Below, one piece after another: positions 41,001 through 55,099 of a stretch of DNA of 64,000 bases (position 1 is its first letter; each line of letters begins with the position of its first letter). This DNA is from Lingula anatina. Its lineage: Eukaryota; Animalia; Brachiopoda. Position numbers and translations under genes: made by a program. The notes under the pieces were generated by a model. It was not told where the DNA came from. It made no database searches and saw only the letters and a list, made by a program, of their open reading frames with translations. The stretch is from the NCBI GenBank assembly GCA_051362555.1, contig CM120641.1:10788001-10852000 (forward strand). Reading direction: 5' to 3'.

Positions 41001-43207
41001 ATACCACAGAATAGTAGGCTATGCTATAATACCATATGGGATACACTGATGATTATAATTAAACTGTAGATAAAAGCCAACCTAAACTTACTTAGGTTAA
41101 ATATGTTACTTCTAACAGCGTCTAAAATGGTCATTTATTAGAAGGGTAAAATACATCATACATTCACCGACCATAAACTGTAATGCTGACTCATTTGGAA
41201 TTTCAATTTAAACCAAATATTTCAGTTTTATCAAAAAATGTTTCAGTAAAAATTAAATCAGAATTTTAAAAATCTTCCTCATTTTATACTTTTAAAACCA
41301 GTTACCATCTTCAGCTATATTACCAATGTCTATATACGTACATGAGATGCATAGTTTTCTTATTGTTCTCTGGTCGACCTTGGCCATCTTGCTGTACTTA
41401 TGCAGGACACCCAACAGTCTCCTTGCAGCATGCTGCCACTGGTCCAGGGCAAGTTTGACTCTACTGGCATCCTTCTCAGTGAAGTCTGGGAAGTGAGCAC
41501 TAAAAATAAATAGCAAAAGATTAAACTATAATTGCAATGTGGAGTGGAGGTTAGCCATAGGCATTTTTCAATTATTTTTACCCATCATGAATTGTGTGTA
41601 AGGGAGACAATTAATCTGATAAAAATCATTTAATTGTGATTATAATATAAATATAAAATAATTTATTGTGATAAAATTATTACAACTTATTTTTAATGAT
41701 AAATAAAAATAATAATAATTGCAATACTTAAAATGTTTAACTTGATATAATGCAATTACAGTTCATATGATTGAAATTTATTCTGAAATTTGTACCTAAT
41801 CATTTTCATTATTTTCATATATTTTACAACAATATTTCAAGAAGCATTAAGGAAGAAATAACTTAAAAGTGTTTCTCACCTGATATTTTGTAATCTGTAT
41901 ACATGTGGTGAGGTGTTGGTGTCAAGAGCGTAGCACTCCTGCAGGAGTTCCAGGTCCTCCAAGCCTTGGAAAGGGTTTTCTTGTATACCTTCATTTTCTT
42001 GAGTTCTAATAGCCTGAAGTCACAAGGACAAATATGACATGCTTGTAAAGACACAAAAATGAGCTATTATGCAAGAGATTAAGTACTTATTTTACTTTTT
42101 GATTAGATAAATGTTTCACATGCTAGCAATCAAACATGTCTTTACACATCTGCATGAAGTAGAAGTTCTATAAATTTTGAGGTTTATCTATATTATTAAA
42201 TTCTTCATTGTAATGTTACAGCAATGCAATGAAAAAATAGAGATATGAAATTGAATATTTCAAATGAGTAACATTGATTCATGTGAGTTAGATAAAACAT
42301 GGATACTGGGAAGGATGGTAAAACTCAAATCATTACACTTGATAGCAACTCAGAGAAGAATAGAGATAAATAAAAATTTTCAACCCCTCACATATACACT
42401 AACACAAATATTTAATGACTGCTTGTTAACTATATAAAGAGATGCACAATCTATAGAGGTCAAAATGACAAATATATGCCCAGTTACAAATTAGATCACA
42501 AAAGTATTGCTAGACAAAATCATACCTTCACTGCTTTAGCCTTTTGAGGTTTTAAATTGAACGTAAGACAAAATTAATTTTAATCAAAGAAAAACAAAAT
42601 GTCATTCCAATTTGTACATTTACTACCATGTATCATAGATAAAAGGCAATTAGTCATAGCTTGCTGTATAAATCTATCCATAAGTGAAAAAGAATAAAAC
42701 ATAAGTTCCAGAGTTCAAATAATTATTTTTTAAAAAATACCAGAAAAAACCTTGATATTTCATCCTAAGATTACCGAATGCTTCATATAAAACTAGAAAT
42801 AGTTACTAACAAAACCTACATGTAAAGCTTTTTAAACAACTGTAAACATGCATCTTTTTGTGTACTATTAGCATAAATTTTCATGAGAATGTTGTGCAAT
42901 TTGAGATGGTTATTGGTAACTTTATTCAAGTCCTGTTTTATAATCTAATGCAATTTCTAACTGCTAATCAAGCACAATATTCACAGTAACATGCAGCAAT
43001 CCAAAACTCAAAGACTGACAGCCAATATATCATGATATTAAAATTGCTGATATCTATAGATGTGTAGATAGACTGTCATGCTGTGTCTTATCTTAAAGGG
43101 ATAACAATTGTTCATTTGGAAAAAAGGGATTTTCCTGGGGTAAATGACAATATTTCCATACTTACCAATGGTTAATGAATTTGTTCTGAACTTCTGACAT
43201 ATTCCAT

Positions 43208-43250
<43 letters not shown>

Positions 43251-46200
43251 TAAAAAGTTTGCTCTTAAGAGATTATTATCTGTATAACAGAGGGTAGCCA
43301 TCTATGGTGGTAAAACAGAATTAATTTTATTATATTACTATGAGTTGTTTGGAATGAATTTATTGGGAAATATGGATCTCATACGATGAGAACGTAGGTA
43401 TCCCTTTAAGAAAGTTTACTTTTAATGTGAAATGTGACTGCAACATATCTTCATATCATATAAATTCCTATCTACAACAAAGATGTTGAAAACCAAATTG
43501 TAGAGAGAGAGAGAAAAGACACAGATTCCATTAGCAAGTCGAACAACATTTTTTAGATACAGATATCTATTTATATCTCTAAACAGGCTTTTAAAACTAT
43601 TACATCAAGCTCAAACAGTTTACCTTGAAAACCATGGTCTTGTTATTAACAATAAAAAGCTTGTAAATGACCATCTTAATTCTTTGAGAAAGTAGAGTTA
43701 TTCTATTAACTATTTTCCTTTACATCAAGAATATAATGAAAACAGCACAAAAAACAAGTGCAGCTTTTGCTTTCTTTGTGGTGACTTATAAAATACATAA
43801 ATGTAACTGTAACTACCCAATCTCATAGTGTCTCCTTTCACTTTAAATTCATAGTTGAAATGAAGTGAAGAATGCATTAAAGAAAGAAGCAAAACATGTA
43901 CAAAAAGTTTTTTAAAAAATTTAAATATAAAATTCTCTAGAAAAAACTTACCACTTTAGCAATGGCTGCTAACCCTCCCATTCCAGATGAAAATGGATTC
44001 TGCAAACTACGTCTAGGGGAGGGCGCATATGAGGGAACACTTGGATTAGATGCACTTTTCTTCATTTTAACCACTATATCTTGACTGCTTTCCCTGTTTT
44101 TCTGATTGGTCAACTGCATAATCATCTCTTTGGGATTAGCAATGGACAAGTGCCGTGTTTGCTCAGTAACAAAATTTGCAATTTCTGCATCACGCTCTTT
44201 TTCAACTGCACTGAGAATGGCTTCAAATTCCTCCTTACTAAATACAGTTGGCAGGTTGGGATGGCCATACTTCTCTGATAGAAAAGACTGTAACGATAAA
44301 ATTTTTGAAATATTAAAAATTTAAATAAAAAAATATATCTCAAAACTGCCATAATATAAAATAGTATCTAAGTTAAACTTCATTTTGATTTATTAATCAC
44401 ACAAGAAATAAGTAATTTAAAAAAAAAACTCAATCCAAAACAACTTTTTAGATCAATCAGATAAAAGTCTTAATTAAACAAATGGGAAAATAACAATTTG
44501 ATAAAACATACAATAAAATTGAGTCCATGTTTCTCCAGGCAACACTCCAAAGCCCTCCTACAAGTTTCTGCATAGCTGTGATCATCAAGAAACAGCCCAT
44601 TAATTCCCCAGTGGAGATCCAGCAACTGAAGCTCATAGCCTTTTTTCTGTGCCAAATTTTGTAGATAAGGGTAGACTGAGTTTGTAAGGAGTTTTCCTTC
44701 TCCAATTGTATCTAAAAATGTCAGAATTTTAACAAATTATAGTACTTAGGCTGATACATGTACTGACATCATTTAAAAAGCAAAAAATAACAAGTATCCT
44801 AAATATATTAAGATAAAAATTACTTTGAAATTTTTCATATATAAAAAATTTACAACTTTCAACAGAATTAAAATCCTTCTCTCTTTCTAAATAATGTTCC
44901 TCTCTAGGGTTGTCCATTTGTCAGACAATGCTTACAACTGGAACTTTTAATTGTAACCTTTTAACCTTATTATAATCTGAAGCAATTTTCTGACATAATA
45001 ACATTAAAACTACATTATTCCAAGCACTCCTTTAGGCAAGCTGATGTTTGTTTAAGCCAGTTAGTTAGCAAACAATGTAGACCCGAATATATGCTTTGTG
45101 CAATTTACTATTTGTTCAGCTCACTACTAACAATTGCCCAGACGTGTTGTTATGGGCAGAATGCATTGGAAATATTTTGCACGATACACTGTCAGATACC
45201 TGTTGACGTGCTGCTGATATAAATCCTTAAAATGTTTTCTTCTGTGCAGTAAGGGGTGTGCAGTCTTCCTTTCAACATCTCCTCCCTTATTTCCGTCCGT
45301 GACATTTCAGCAGGAAATTTCAACCTGCTGTTCACATTAGTGTCCTTTGGTTGGAAATCAGTGACAGTGGTTTCATTAGAACTGTTGAAACTTTGAAAAG
45401 AGCAACTTGTAGCACCTGACATCATCTGCTGGGTAACAAATGCTTTTCTTTTTTTAGAAGCAGATAATTGCTTTAGTTGTCCAGTGGGGTCTCTACCATC
45501 AGCAGAGTAGTCATTTTCTGCATGAAGCTCAATTCCAGAATCTCTCTTAGGAACAATATCTGGTAAAGGTGCTTTTTCTTTATTGAAAATGACATTTCCA
45601 TTTTTATCCCCACTTACACTGCCACTTGGTAGTGACTGAATACTGTCTAATGAGGAAATACTCTGAGACTCAAAACTATTGCCCAAAGACGGCAGGGAAG
45701 CTGATATTTTATCTCCTTGTAGTCTGTAAATTATGTCAACATGCAAAGATTCATGAGAAATTGACTTCCTGCGATCATTGGGTTGTAGTCTTGTGAGCGG
45801 TGACAAATAATAATTATCTTTTGGCAGGAGACTGTCTGATGGGCTGTTGGTCTCAGATCGTGCCCGTCTGTGAGACTGCTTGTGTACCGAAGGCTGTATT
45901 TTCATCCCAAACTCATCATACTGATCAAGGATAGGTTTGAATTTTCTTAAAACTTTCTGAAATATAGGATTAAAAATGAACATGTTGACATAAATGTAAA
46001 TTAATGATTTTACAATGTCAGTAAATCAAATGAGTGGCATAATTCAATAACATTTTTAATTAGCAACTTTTGATAATTACTCATAATTTACACATGTATG
46101 CAGACATTAGGTTGAATTCATAACCAAAATCCCCTTTTATAAATATCGTATCTTCAGTTTTCCAACCCAGCATTTAATCAAGATAATAATAATATTTACC

Positions 46201-46927
46201 TGTTGTGTTTCAAATCTCTCTCTTTCTTCTTCCATTTTTTCTTGTTTTTTCTGCGATTTTTTTCTCAATTCTTCCTCTCTAGCTGCAGCCCCAGTGATCC
46301 TCCTTTCCACATCCTCACTTATCATCCTCTGTTAATAACATCAAAGAATCAAATTAACCATAAAAACAAATATTAAAATAAAACAAATAAAGATAATAAT
46401 CATACAATAATAACAATAACAGTAACTTAAAAGATGAAAATATTTTTTTAAATTTATATTAAAAAATATACATAATGAAAAGTTTGTGATTATAAGGACC
46501 ATAAATACAGATAGACGTAACATTCAATAATGCCCTGTATGCCTCTCACCTTGAATGCTGAAAGAACTCTGTGCCGTTCATGTATAGGTAAATGCTTTAA
46601 CCGTACTTTGCCATTCTTCCCATTAACCTAAAAATGAGCATAACAGTGAAAGTAATGTTACATGTAACTGAAGTGTGGTTTATTGTGATATTTGATGCAA
46701 AGAGAAAATTCATTTTAAAATCTGTAAATGGTTTCAATTATAAAATTAAGCCTATTTAAAGAAAATGGCCAGCTCACCTTCTCGATTCTAGTCATTTGAT
46801 CATGGTTATCACTGGAACCTCTAATAGCCTTTAAAATCCCTGCTGCACTGGCATCTTTTACACTCTCAGACATCACAGGCATATGGGGCTCCATTTTAGA
46901 TTGGTTATCTTCTGCAGGATGCTGCAT
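35037..46927 (-). CDS. NACHT and WD40 repeat protein (NWD1/NWD2-like STAND NTPase); many short 5' exons and one ~3.7-kb terminal exon (38744-35037)
   Basis: ILRIYISSTST|D...VYPYL...LLDLHWGI and FLSEKYG (NWD N-terminal domain); FYGR...PIVVHGKPGMGTSSLL (Walker A region); LLIILDGLD (Walker B); YNLRLLNELPHHL, LASQLIGRL; WD40 GHHGAITAV...SASLDNTLKLWD. Start codon at 46927 is tentative. Confidence 0.88.
43097..43405. mobile_element. Kolobok-like MITE
   Basis: TTAA|AGGGATA ... TATCCCT|TTAA ends; diverged second copy at 53751-54081. Confidence 0.6.
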
Positions 46928-49900
46928 CCTAAATATTTTAATTTTCATTTTTTTAAATGTATGTATTCATGACTCTCAGTTATTGTAGTGTGTAATAAAT
47001 CTGAAAGGACTTAGGACTTCAAAGCACTCTTTGAGCTCTAATAACACATGGCTTTGGCAGATTTTCTAAATATTTGGCTGGTCACAAAATACACTTTCTG
47101 TTCTTTGAATCAGATTCGAAATAAGATAAATTTAGATCTTACTAAAATGGTAAATACTAAGTGGGAAATTGTGTGAAGATGGCAATAAGAGCTATTGCTT
47201 TGTCCTTAAACTATCAGCCATTTAAAAAAAAAAACTTTATCCTTATTTCAGTTATCAAAGATTAAAATCTAAAAAAAAAAAATTTAAACAAATATATTGC
47301 CACACGTGCTTAACATAAAACTTACCTTAGAGTATTCTACAATTACTCTCGGATTTTCTCAATCGTACAGCAACTCAAGGACACGAACTGTGTAAGATCA
47401 AAATAGTTCTCAGTTGTTACCATCTCCATGCTGATTTTTTGTCTACAGAATTCACTTTCTCATCATTCTAACAAGAATAAAATCACTGCAATTTAATTTT
47501 TTTTTTCCTGGACACTATTAAGCAAAGTCAAAAACACAAACAGTTGGAAGGCGAGCAGTAATTTACAGTAGTTGACTGCCCAGCACTGTGCAGTAATTGA
47601 AACACGCAAATTCAAATAAAAGTAACCAACACAAATCAATACTCCTGTCCTGTGCTACTTCCTTACTTCATTATCCAGAAATTTGATGTATCATTCACAG
47701 AAGTCTTCCATGTCTCAAATTTCCAAGGTTCGGAAGGAAACTGCATAAAATATTCCCTGTAACTTTCAAGGGTGAACTTTGTGTATGGCGTTGTCAAGTA
47801 GCAGACGTGTGACAGCAATTAGCTCTCTGCCTCTATGTACATGTACCTTCCCCCATCATAAGCTAATATACACTCCTTTTCTCTCTATGTTTGGGGATAA
47901 CGACCTAGATATCCTTAGTGATAATACAAATCAAGGGCTTATTATGGAATATGATTGAATCAGAACATGGATTTTCAAGTGAACCAATTATAGAATGTTA
48001 ATTATCCGTGACCAATACAAACTTTTAGATAACTGTGGGTCCTTACAAAAATGAAAATTTACATTTCCATTCACCTTAGAGCTATTAACCAGTCGATGTA
48101 CTAACAATTTGTTAAGTGCCAAGGGACAATGCAATTCAGCCGAGAAGAAAGGCACAGTAAATTTTAAATGGGTAAATATTGACGCTATATTTCATGATTG
48201 AGAGCACTTCAATTGAAGGATTGATCCTACAAGTCATAATACCCTATGCCTCAAATCATTATATATTTGCAGGGTTTTTAATTTGATAAGATTGTTTTCC
48301 CCAAGTATTAACTGTCCCCAAGTTGAAAGTATTTGGCTTGGTAAAAATTGTACCATCAACATAATCAAGGAATACCAAACATATTATCTAGAATAAGCAA
48401 AAGTCTTGATAAAATGTTAGACTGGAGCAAGATGTTTGTTTTATAGTAAGCCATGGGACAGTGTTTATCTTATAGATCTACCCCTCAGCAAGTCCTGTGA
48501 GACCTCCATGGTGATCTACTGGTGTAACAATAGGAGTTGGGACACTATTAGACCCAAGCAAAAAAAATCAATGACTCAATATCAAAACTGCTTGAGATTT
48601 TCTGTGATTTAATCAATAAATCATAATAAAATTTATAAAATATTTTTTCCCAAACAAATGACTTTCCTAAAAGTTGCCACCTGTTGTCAACTTTGGTTGT
48701 GAACGTGGCTTCATACTCTTCCCTCCAGTTACACAGCTTGACATTTTTAAGTCATTTTAATTACAATAAGTAAATCCACTTGCATGGAGGTAGTGGACTT
48801 ACCACAGTCTCAATTTTCATTTGAGCGAATTGTACATGCCATTTTTAAACTTCCATTTTCAATTTTTCTTTTTCTCGTCTGCTAAATGTGCCTGCTAAAC
48901 TTAGTTTACATAGTTGAACTTTATCTTTCTTATTTTTGAAAGTATCATAGCTATTATTATCTATAATTCTTTGTGAATGAGGCACAAATTCTTAGTATTT
49001 ACCAATCCTTTAACTGTTTTTAAAAGATATAAGTTATAACATTTTAATACTACTTCAGTTTTTACAATCAAACTACATTGTGGTAGGAGAACATATGGAA
49101 GAATTTTATACCAACAAATTAATAATTTATACACAAAATGTGAACTATTAATTTTTGTCTGTCTGCACTTCTTGCACAAAATAATACTGGTATATTATGT
49201 CAAAAGTTCAATTTATTGTCAAAACAAAGAACAATAAATACATTAATGCTTCATAATCTGTAAATGAGGGAAGATTTCTAAGACAAAAGAATCAACAGTG
49301 TTACCGACTCATGATACAATTCAATGCATCAATTACTTTGGACATCAGTGAAAAAACTTAAGTATAAAGTTCAATGCAAAATACACTGTTCTATCATTTC
49401 ATCACATAATAAAAAAGATAAGTTTTATTATCTCTAATGCTTCATCACTAAACAAGATAGACCAGTCTTTAACATATAACTTGTACAATGATTTCAAGGA
49501 CCAATCACACTGCACTCATTGTATTAACTAATTCAAACATCAAATTGTTTAAGTTGTTCATTCTGTCTGTTATAACTGGTCCATGGCTAAATATCCCTGA
49601 TATATCAGTTCCTATTCTAAATGCACGGTCATCTCAGAATTCTACAACAGCTCCAAGGCAGCAGGTGAAGTACAGTTTTGTGCAGAGAAGGTGACATTAC
49701 GGATATGGATAAACTTACGTATCGCAAATTGCACATAATTACAGGGTAAACACAATAGAACACAATGCTTAGAGTAAGTCAGCTGGGGTAAGGGAAGTTA
49801 GTTGAGTTGGCCTCGTTTAAGGTGATGAGTGACAGCCTTAATTGCCACCTCTCCCTCTACCGATGCTGCTGAGTGACAGCTTTAATTGTCATCTCCCAAG

Positions 49901-49999
49901 TCCCAACCGCTTATCTGATTATCTGCCCGACTGCACACAATCATTGTTTATCTATATGTGGCACGCTTTCATCGTATTCGTCCTTCAGTTAGTATTTAA

Positions 50000-50438
50000 A
50001 GCCTAGGTCCCAAATACGTTTTCCACGCACGGTATTTTAGGTTCCTTGCGTCCGGCTAGGACGTAGCAAGATCGCACGTAGCGGCTGTTGATCATGTCGA
50101 AAAGTTAAGCTTAGGTCCCAATTACGTTTTCCACGCACGGCTTTTAGGTTCCTTGCGTCCGGCTAGGACGTAGCAAGATCGCACGAAGCGGCTGTTGATC
50201 ATGTCGAAAAGTTTCTACGTGCTGTTTGCGTCCTCCAAAAGTCGCACGATGGACGTGCTCCTCACGCACGAACTCCCACGTTTTCCCCCATTTTTTGGCC
50301 GTAGACCACGCATAGCAGCCCATACTTTCGGTTGGGATCTAGGCTTTATTTGATTCCCTCCCTGCGATTTAGCTACGCCCTAGACGGACGCAAGGAGCCT
50401 AAAAACCGTGCGTCCAAAACGTAGTTGGGACCTAGGTT
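50000..50438. mobile_element. Nested PIF/Harbinger (Tourist)-like MITEs
   Basis: Outer element AGCCTAGGTCCCAA...TTGGGACCTAGGTT flanked by TAA; inner relative at 50108-50345 flanked by TTA. Confidence 0.7.
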
Positions 50439-53400
50439 TAAGATAGCATTTTCTCTCTTCACGATGTCTTGGTTCTCAAGGCTCGGTTACAAATTAATGT
50501 CACTCCTAAAATTGTTTCAACAGGCGTTTTTGCTGCGCACATAGTTACAGTTTTTTTTTTTTTTTTTTTTTGCTGTAAATTGTGTTGTAGATTTTGAAAT
50601 TCCCATGTGTTGTTGATTCTGAATATTGAAAATAAAGGAACAATAACCCAAATAAGACGGTGTATTTTACGTTTTTCCTTGAGGTATCAGTTTCAGCTCA
50701 AATTATTACATTGAAATGCTCACACTATTATAAATTTTGAGAATATAATTGATTGCAGTTTAACCTGGCTTTGCCCCAACCTTTTCGATCACGAAAAACA
50801 ACAGGGACCGGGTAATCTATCCAAACGCGTTTTTTTTTCTTTACTTTTAATTATGAAGCGGCGCGGAGTATTCAATCGGAGATTAAGACGACGATGATAA
50901 TATCCAGTGACTCGTACGTCAAATTATGGCTGTACCCACGCACCATTTTTCCATTATTTATACCCACCATCCCTAATCAACGATCTCACCTGGTTTCTGA
51001 CGAATATCGACGCTCGCTTACCGTCATTACAATTTTGTTACAAGAAATATCCTAACGGCAACTGGATATAACACTTCTACATATTAGTTTGAAGACCTTC
51101 ATTTGAATTAAGCTGTTTTCTTTGGTACCAACGTCTTACTAATGAACCACAACTTTAAAACAGGTCGAAAGCGAGCATATAAAAAATGCTCTTGTATTAA
51201 GCCATTAAAATTCACCATAGATAAGGGTTTTTCTTAACTGAAGGAACTTGCAGGCAACATAATTGTACATCACAACAATTTATATGTGTCCACACAATGA
51301 TCAAAGACTACAGCATGGTTATATAATGTTTTCATGAAATCTGACCGGCTATCATTACCAATAAATGTTACAATTTTTTTGGTTGAACTTTGCTTGGTTT
51401 GGTGCATGCAAGCTCGTTCTGTCACATTATACGTTACCGATACGGACTGTCACCAGCACCTATTACTGGCGACGGATGTTTCTTTTGTGTTTTTTTTTTC
51501 GAATTTATATCAGAATATTTTATTTAACGCAATAAAGGAAATGTCTGGCATATATTTATATAGCAAATATTCTTATATGACATTATCCATACAACTTATT
51601 CGATCCAGACTTAGTTCACGTGTATCTTGATGGAATGATTTAAGCAAGCAGTTTTTTAATAACTTTATTTTAAATTGCAATTTTCAAAGAACTTTATTTT
51701 AAATTAATAGTTTTATATTCCCGTTCTTCTGCTGAAACGAGCAGATTTCTTATTGTTTCATGAATAAAATAATAAATAAAAATCCCTTCTTCATACAATG
51801 TTCTTCGTTTGATAATTATCCTTGTTGAACAGTGAACGAAAATAAAGGCAGTCTCAAGAAATATGTTGATGGAGAGATGGGAAGATGGCGATCTTATCGG
51901 AGCTCTCAATTTACCTGTACGTTGCAGTAATTAAACAGTTAGCTTACGTGGCAGCTCTGATTCAAAGTGTCACCTGAAAATCTTTTGTCCGACTTAAACT
52001 TTCAAGATGTGCCAAGTTTGATTTCAATCACGCTCCCTGCGGCAACTGCCGATACGAAACCAGCACCTGACAACAGTGAAATTATTATCCCAAGAGGAAA
52101 TCTAAAGCACGGAGCTGTCTGCAAGCCAGCTGTCCAAAGTTGGTAAGTTAATAGTGCAGTTTCAAAATATACGAAACCCTACACCCTGGAATTGATCACA
52201 GTATTAAGCAATGTGCTTTTGTGCGACTACATGTAGCCCTATTTCTACAATTATTATAATCATTGAATAATAAGACTTTTCCCACCATCAATTAACTCAA
52301 ACATTACAGAAGGAGATTCCGTTAAGATGTTATGTTGTTGGTGTGATCTGTAAGTTTGATGTTCATTACATAGGATTGGACGTTGCTTTTACGGGTAAAA
52401 AAAAAAACCCACAATACTCTTAAAATTAGACTGCGCTAAATAGGGTATCGACTAGTTAGCAAACTAAAATCAAGGATGGAGGGATGTGCTACAGAAACTC
52501 CCCCCTCACCCCACCGATAATGACTGGCCTGTAATTGTGCGTTTAACAAAGGTAGTGTTACAGTGATATTCACACCTTAAGCCTCTGGCGATAGTCAAGC
52601 AAGCAGAAGAAGATATAAAACCTCCTTCACTATAAACTGAGCCACACAACAGTGGTCAAATTCCTGCTTAAATCAAGACGGCTATTCAAGCCCACTTTCC
52701 CGCCATTTTGCATTAATTTGACACATGTAGTCGTAGGTGTAGTGTAAAATGTCAACGAAGTACTGATTGGCTTAAAAACCGGAAGCTAGAGGAAATGAAC
52801 CAAGCGTTTACCTTGGCACAAATGACCTTCGTTAAATTTGTACGCAGTCATGTGACGTGAAAGTGCCGTGAAACTTATTACGAGTTTTCGCATTTATGTT
52901 ACTCCGATTGAACAGTATGATTAGTCTGACGTCGGTGAAAAAAAGGGAAATTATTTTGGGTTTAAATGTTATTTATTTATTTATTTTTTTGGACATTTTA
53001 AAGTCGGCTCACTGACTCACTTAGTCAAAGTTATGCCTGGGTTGCATCACAGTTAGCGGGAAACTGGACCTGCAGTATTATAGACCACAACACAGTGACG
53101 TATCATCGACTCGTTGACAAAGGTATCATTTACAAGAAATCAGTAAATCAATGTGAATAACTCTTAAACATCCCATTCTAACCAGAGCAAAGGGTCGCGT
53201 CGCAGCGTAACACAGGACGATTTAATAACCCACAATTAAGCGAGATCATATATCACGCCTGTTTTCACACATGATTGTGTGTTGCCGAAAGGCGAGAAAC
53301 ACCCCGCCGTCACCCTATTTGCGTAAGCCCACCCCTTCTTACTCATCGCTGCATGTGTGTAAGATGTACGTACGATGTGAGTAAGATGTACGTAAGTCGG

Positions 53401-53750
53401 CATTGTCCTTTAGCCTACGGATTTTCACACAATTCTTTTGTCCTCTTAAGGGGCGTACGTAAGACAAGTTAATCGTTTTTGAAGTAAGCGTATCCGTAAT
53501 GGCATCTTCTCTGCACAAAACTGTATACATGAATCCTAAAAGAATGCAATAAGAATATGAATTACGACTCTCCAATGAGAAGCAAGGTATCGATCAAACC
53601 CACTGAATATTATAATTATAGTTGTCCACTGGAATAAGATTGGGCAGTTAATCTTAAGTTATCGGGTAGGTAGTTTGAATAAATTTATTTATTGATGTTT
53701 TTTTTTTTATATTTTGCACTTACTACAGACCTTAGCCTAGAGCACACTAA

Positions 53751-54081
53751 ATAGGATAACAACTGTTTATTTTGGCCAAAAAAGGGATTTTCATGGTGTT
53801 AAGGTCCAATTTTCCCCATGCTAACCAATGGTTAATGTATCCATTCTGATATTCAAAGTTAGTCCACATTTTTTTTCTCTCAAAAAAAGTTTTTTTTTTT
53901 GTAATAATCTCTTAAGAGATTATCATGGAAGTATAGCCATCTTTGAAGGTTCACATGGTCTGATGGCAAGCACAGATTCCAGAATTCTTAGTGGCAAAAT
54001 GGGATTTATTATTTTTCAATGAGTTGTTTTACAATGTTTTAATTTTGAAATATGAATCTCATACAAACACTTTTTATCCCT
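53751..54081. mobile_element. Kolobok-like MITE, diverged copy
   Basis: Shares GGATAACAA, AAAAAGGGATTTTC, ACCAATGGTTAATG, CTCTTAAGAGATTAT, ATGAGTTGTTT and TATCCCTTTAA with 43097-43405 in the same order. Confidence 0.55.
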
Positions 54082-54144
54082 TTAACTTTCATCACAAGTC
54101 ACAAACTGCTTGATGAATCCAAATACCACATAAAATATAACTTT

Positions 54145-54945
54145 TCTAACAGCACGGTAGTCTGTCATAAATACATGGGCTAAAGACAAAGAACTTATTC
54201 CCAATGACACTATCAGTCTTTGTATATCAAGCCAACTTCTTGGGGACTCCAGCTGAATGCGCTAATTTTGTCAGTTTAAATGTACACAAAAGAGGATTTG
54301 GCACCAAAATTCATATTTAACTAATTATCCCGGGGTAAACAGAATTTTTCCTGGATTAACCAACCTTTTATCTTCCTTTCCTGACACTTGCTATTAACTC
54401 TGTAACAATTTTGGAAAAAGCCAAAGATCAAAACCTGCACATAAGCAAAGGTTTTTCTTTCATTTCCACTGACTCATCTTCCAGATATTGCCAGACTCTT
54501 GCACCGTTAATCGTGCTCTTTTCAAACTGTGTCAAGATGGGTCACTTCCGAGGTTAGACAGGGGACTGTGAACACGTTTTTTTGCAGTATTGATTAAGGC
54601 CACTTATCTGTCATTTTATGTTTCATTGTTTTAATTGTCCTCAGATAAGTTCAACAAGAAGCAATCCATGCACTTAGAATGTTTTAATCCCACTAGCCTT
54701 GTGTGGCTTTAACAGATGAACACGCCTCCTTTGTTTCCAACTCACTCGTATAATCTCCAGCTTTTCTGTATTCTACCCAACACCAAGAGGGGGGTGTAAA
54801 TCTTTTAAACTGATTACATTCAGCGAGAGTCCCCGCGGAGTTGGATCGATCTACGTAGACCGATACTTTTATTGGGAGTGAGCCCTAGCTCTGTCTATTT
54901 ATGCACCTACTGCAGCGGGTATCTGACGCGCAGCTCTTGTTAGGA
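54145..54945. repeat. Degenerate ~100-bp inverted repeat pair (old MITE?)
   Basis: 54166-54259 (CATAAATA...TCCCAAT...CCAACT...GGGGACTC...GCTGAATG) is an imperfect reverse complement of 54818-54903. Confidence 0.5.
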
Positions 54946-55099
54946 TCGGAATAATTCAAAATGCATTTGACTACAGCAACAGAAAACAATTAAATTTTAC
55001 AGCTGTCAAGTATGTGTTGACTTGTAATTCCTTCTTAAGGAACAGCTTTAAATTAATAACTGTGAATTATAAAGCTCACCATGTTTGAATTGCCCTCCT

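Noticed and set aside
43038-43301. Poly-Lys ORF
   Set aside because: Produced by a poly(T) tract inside a MITE in an intron.
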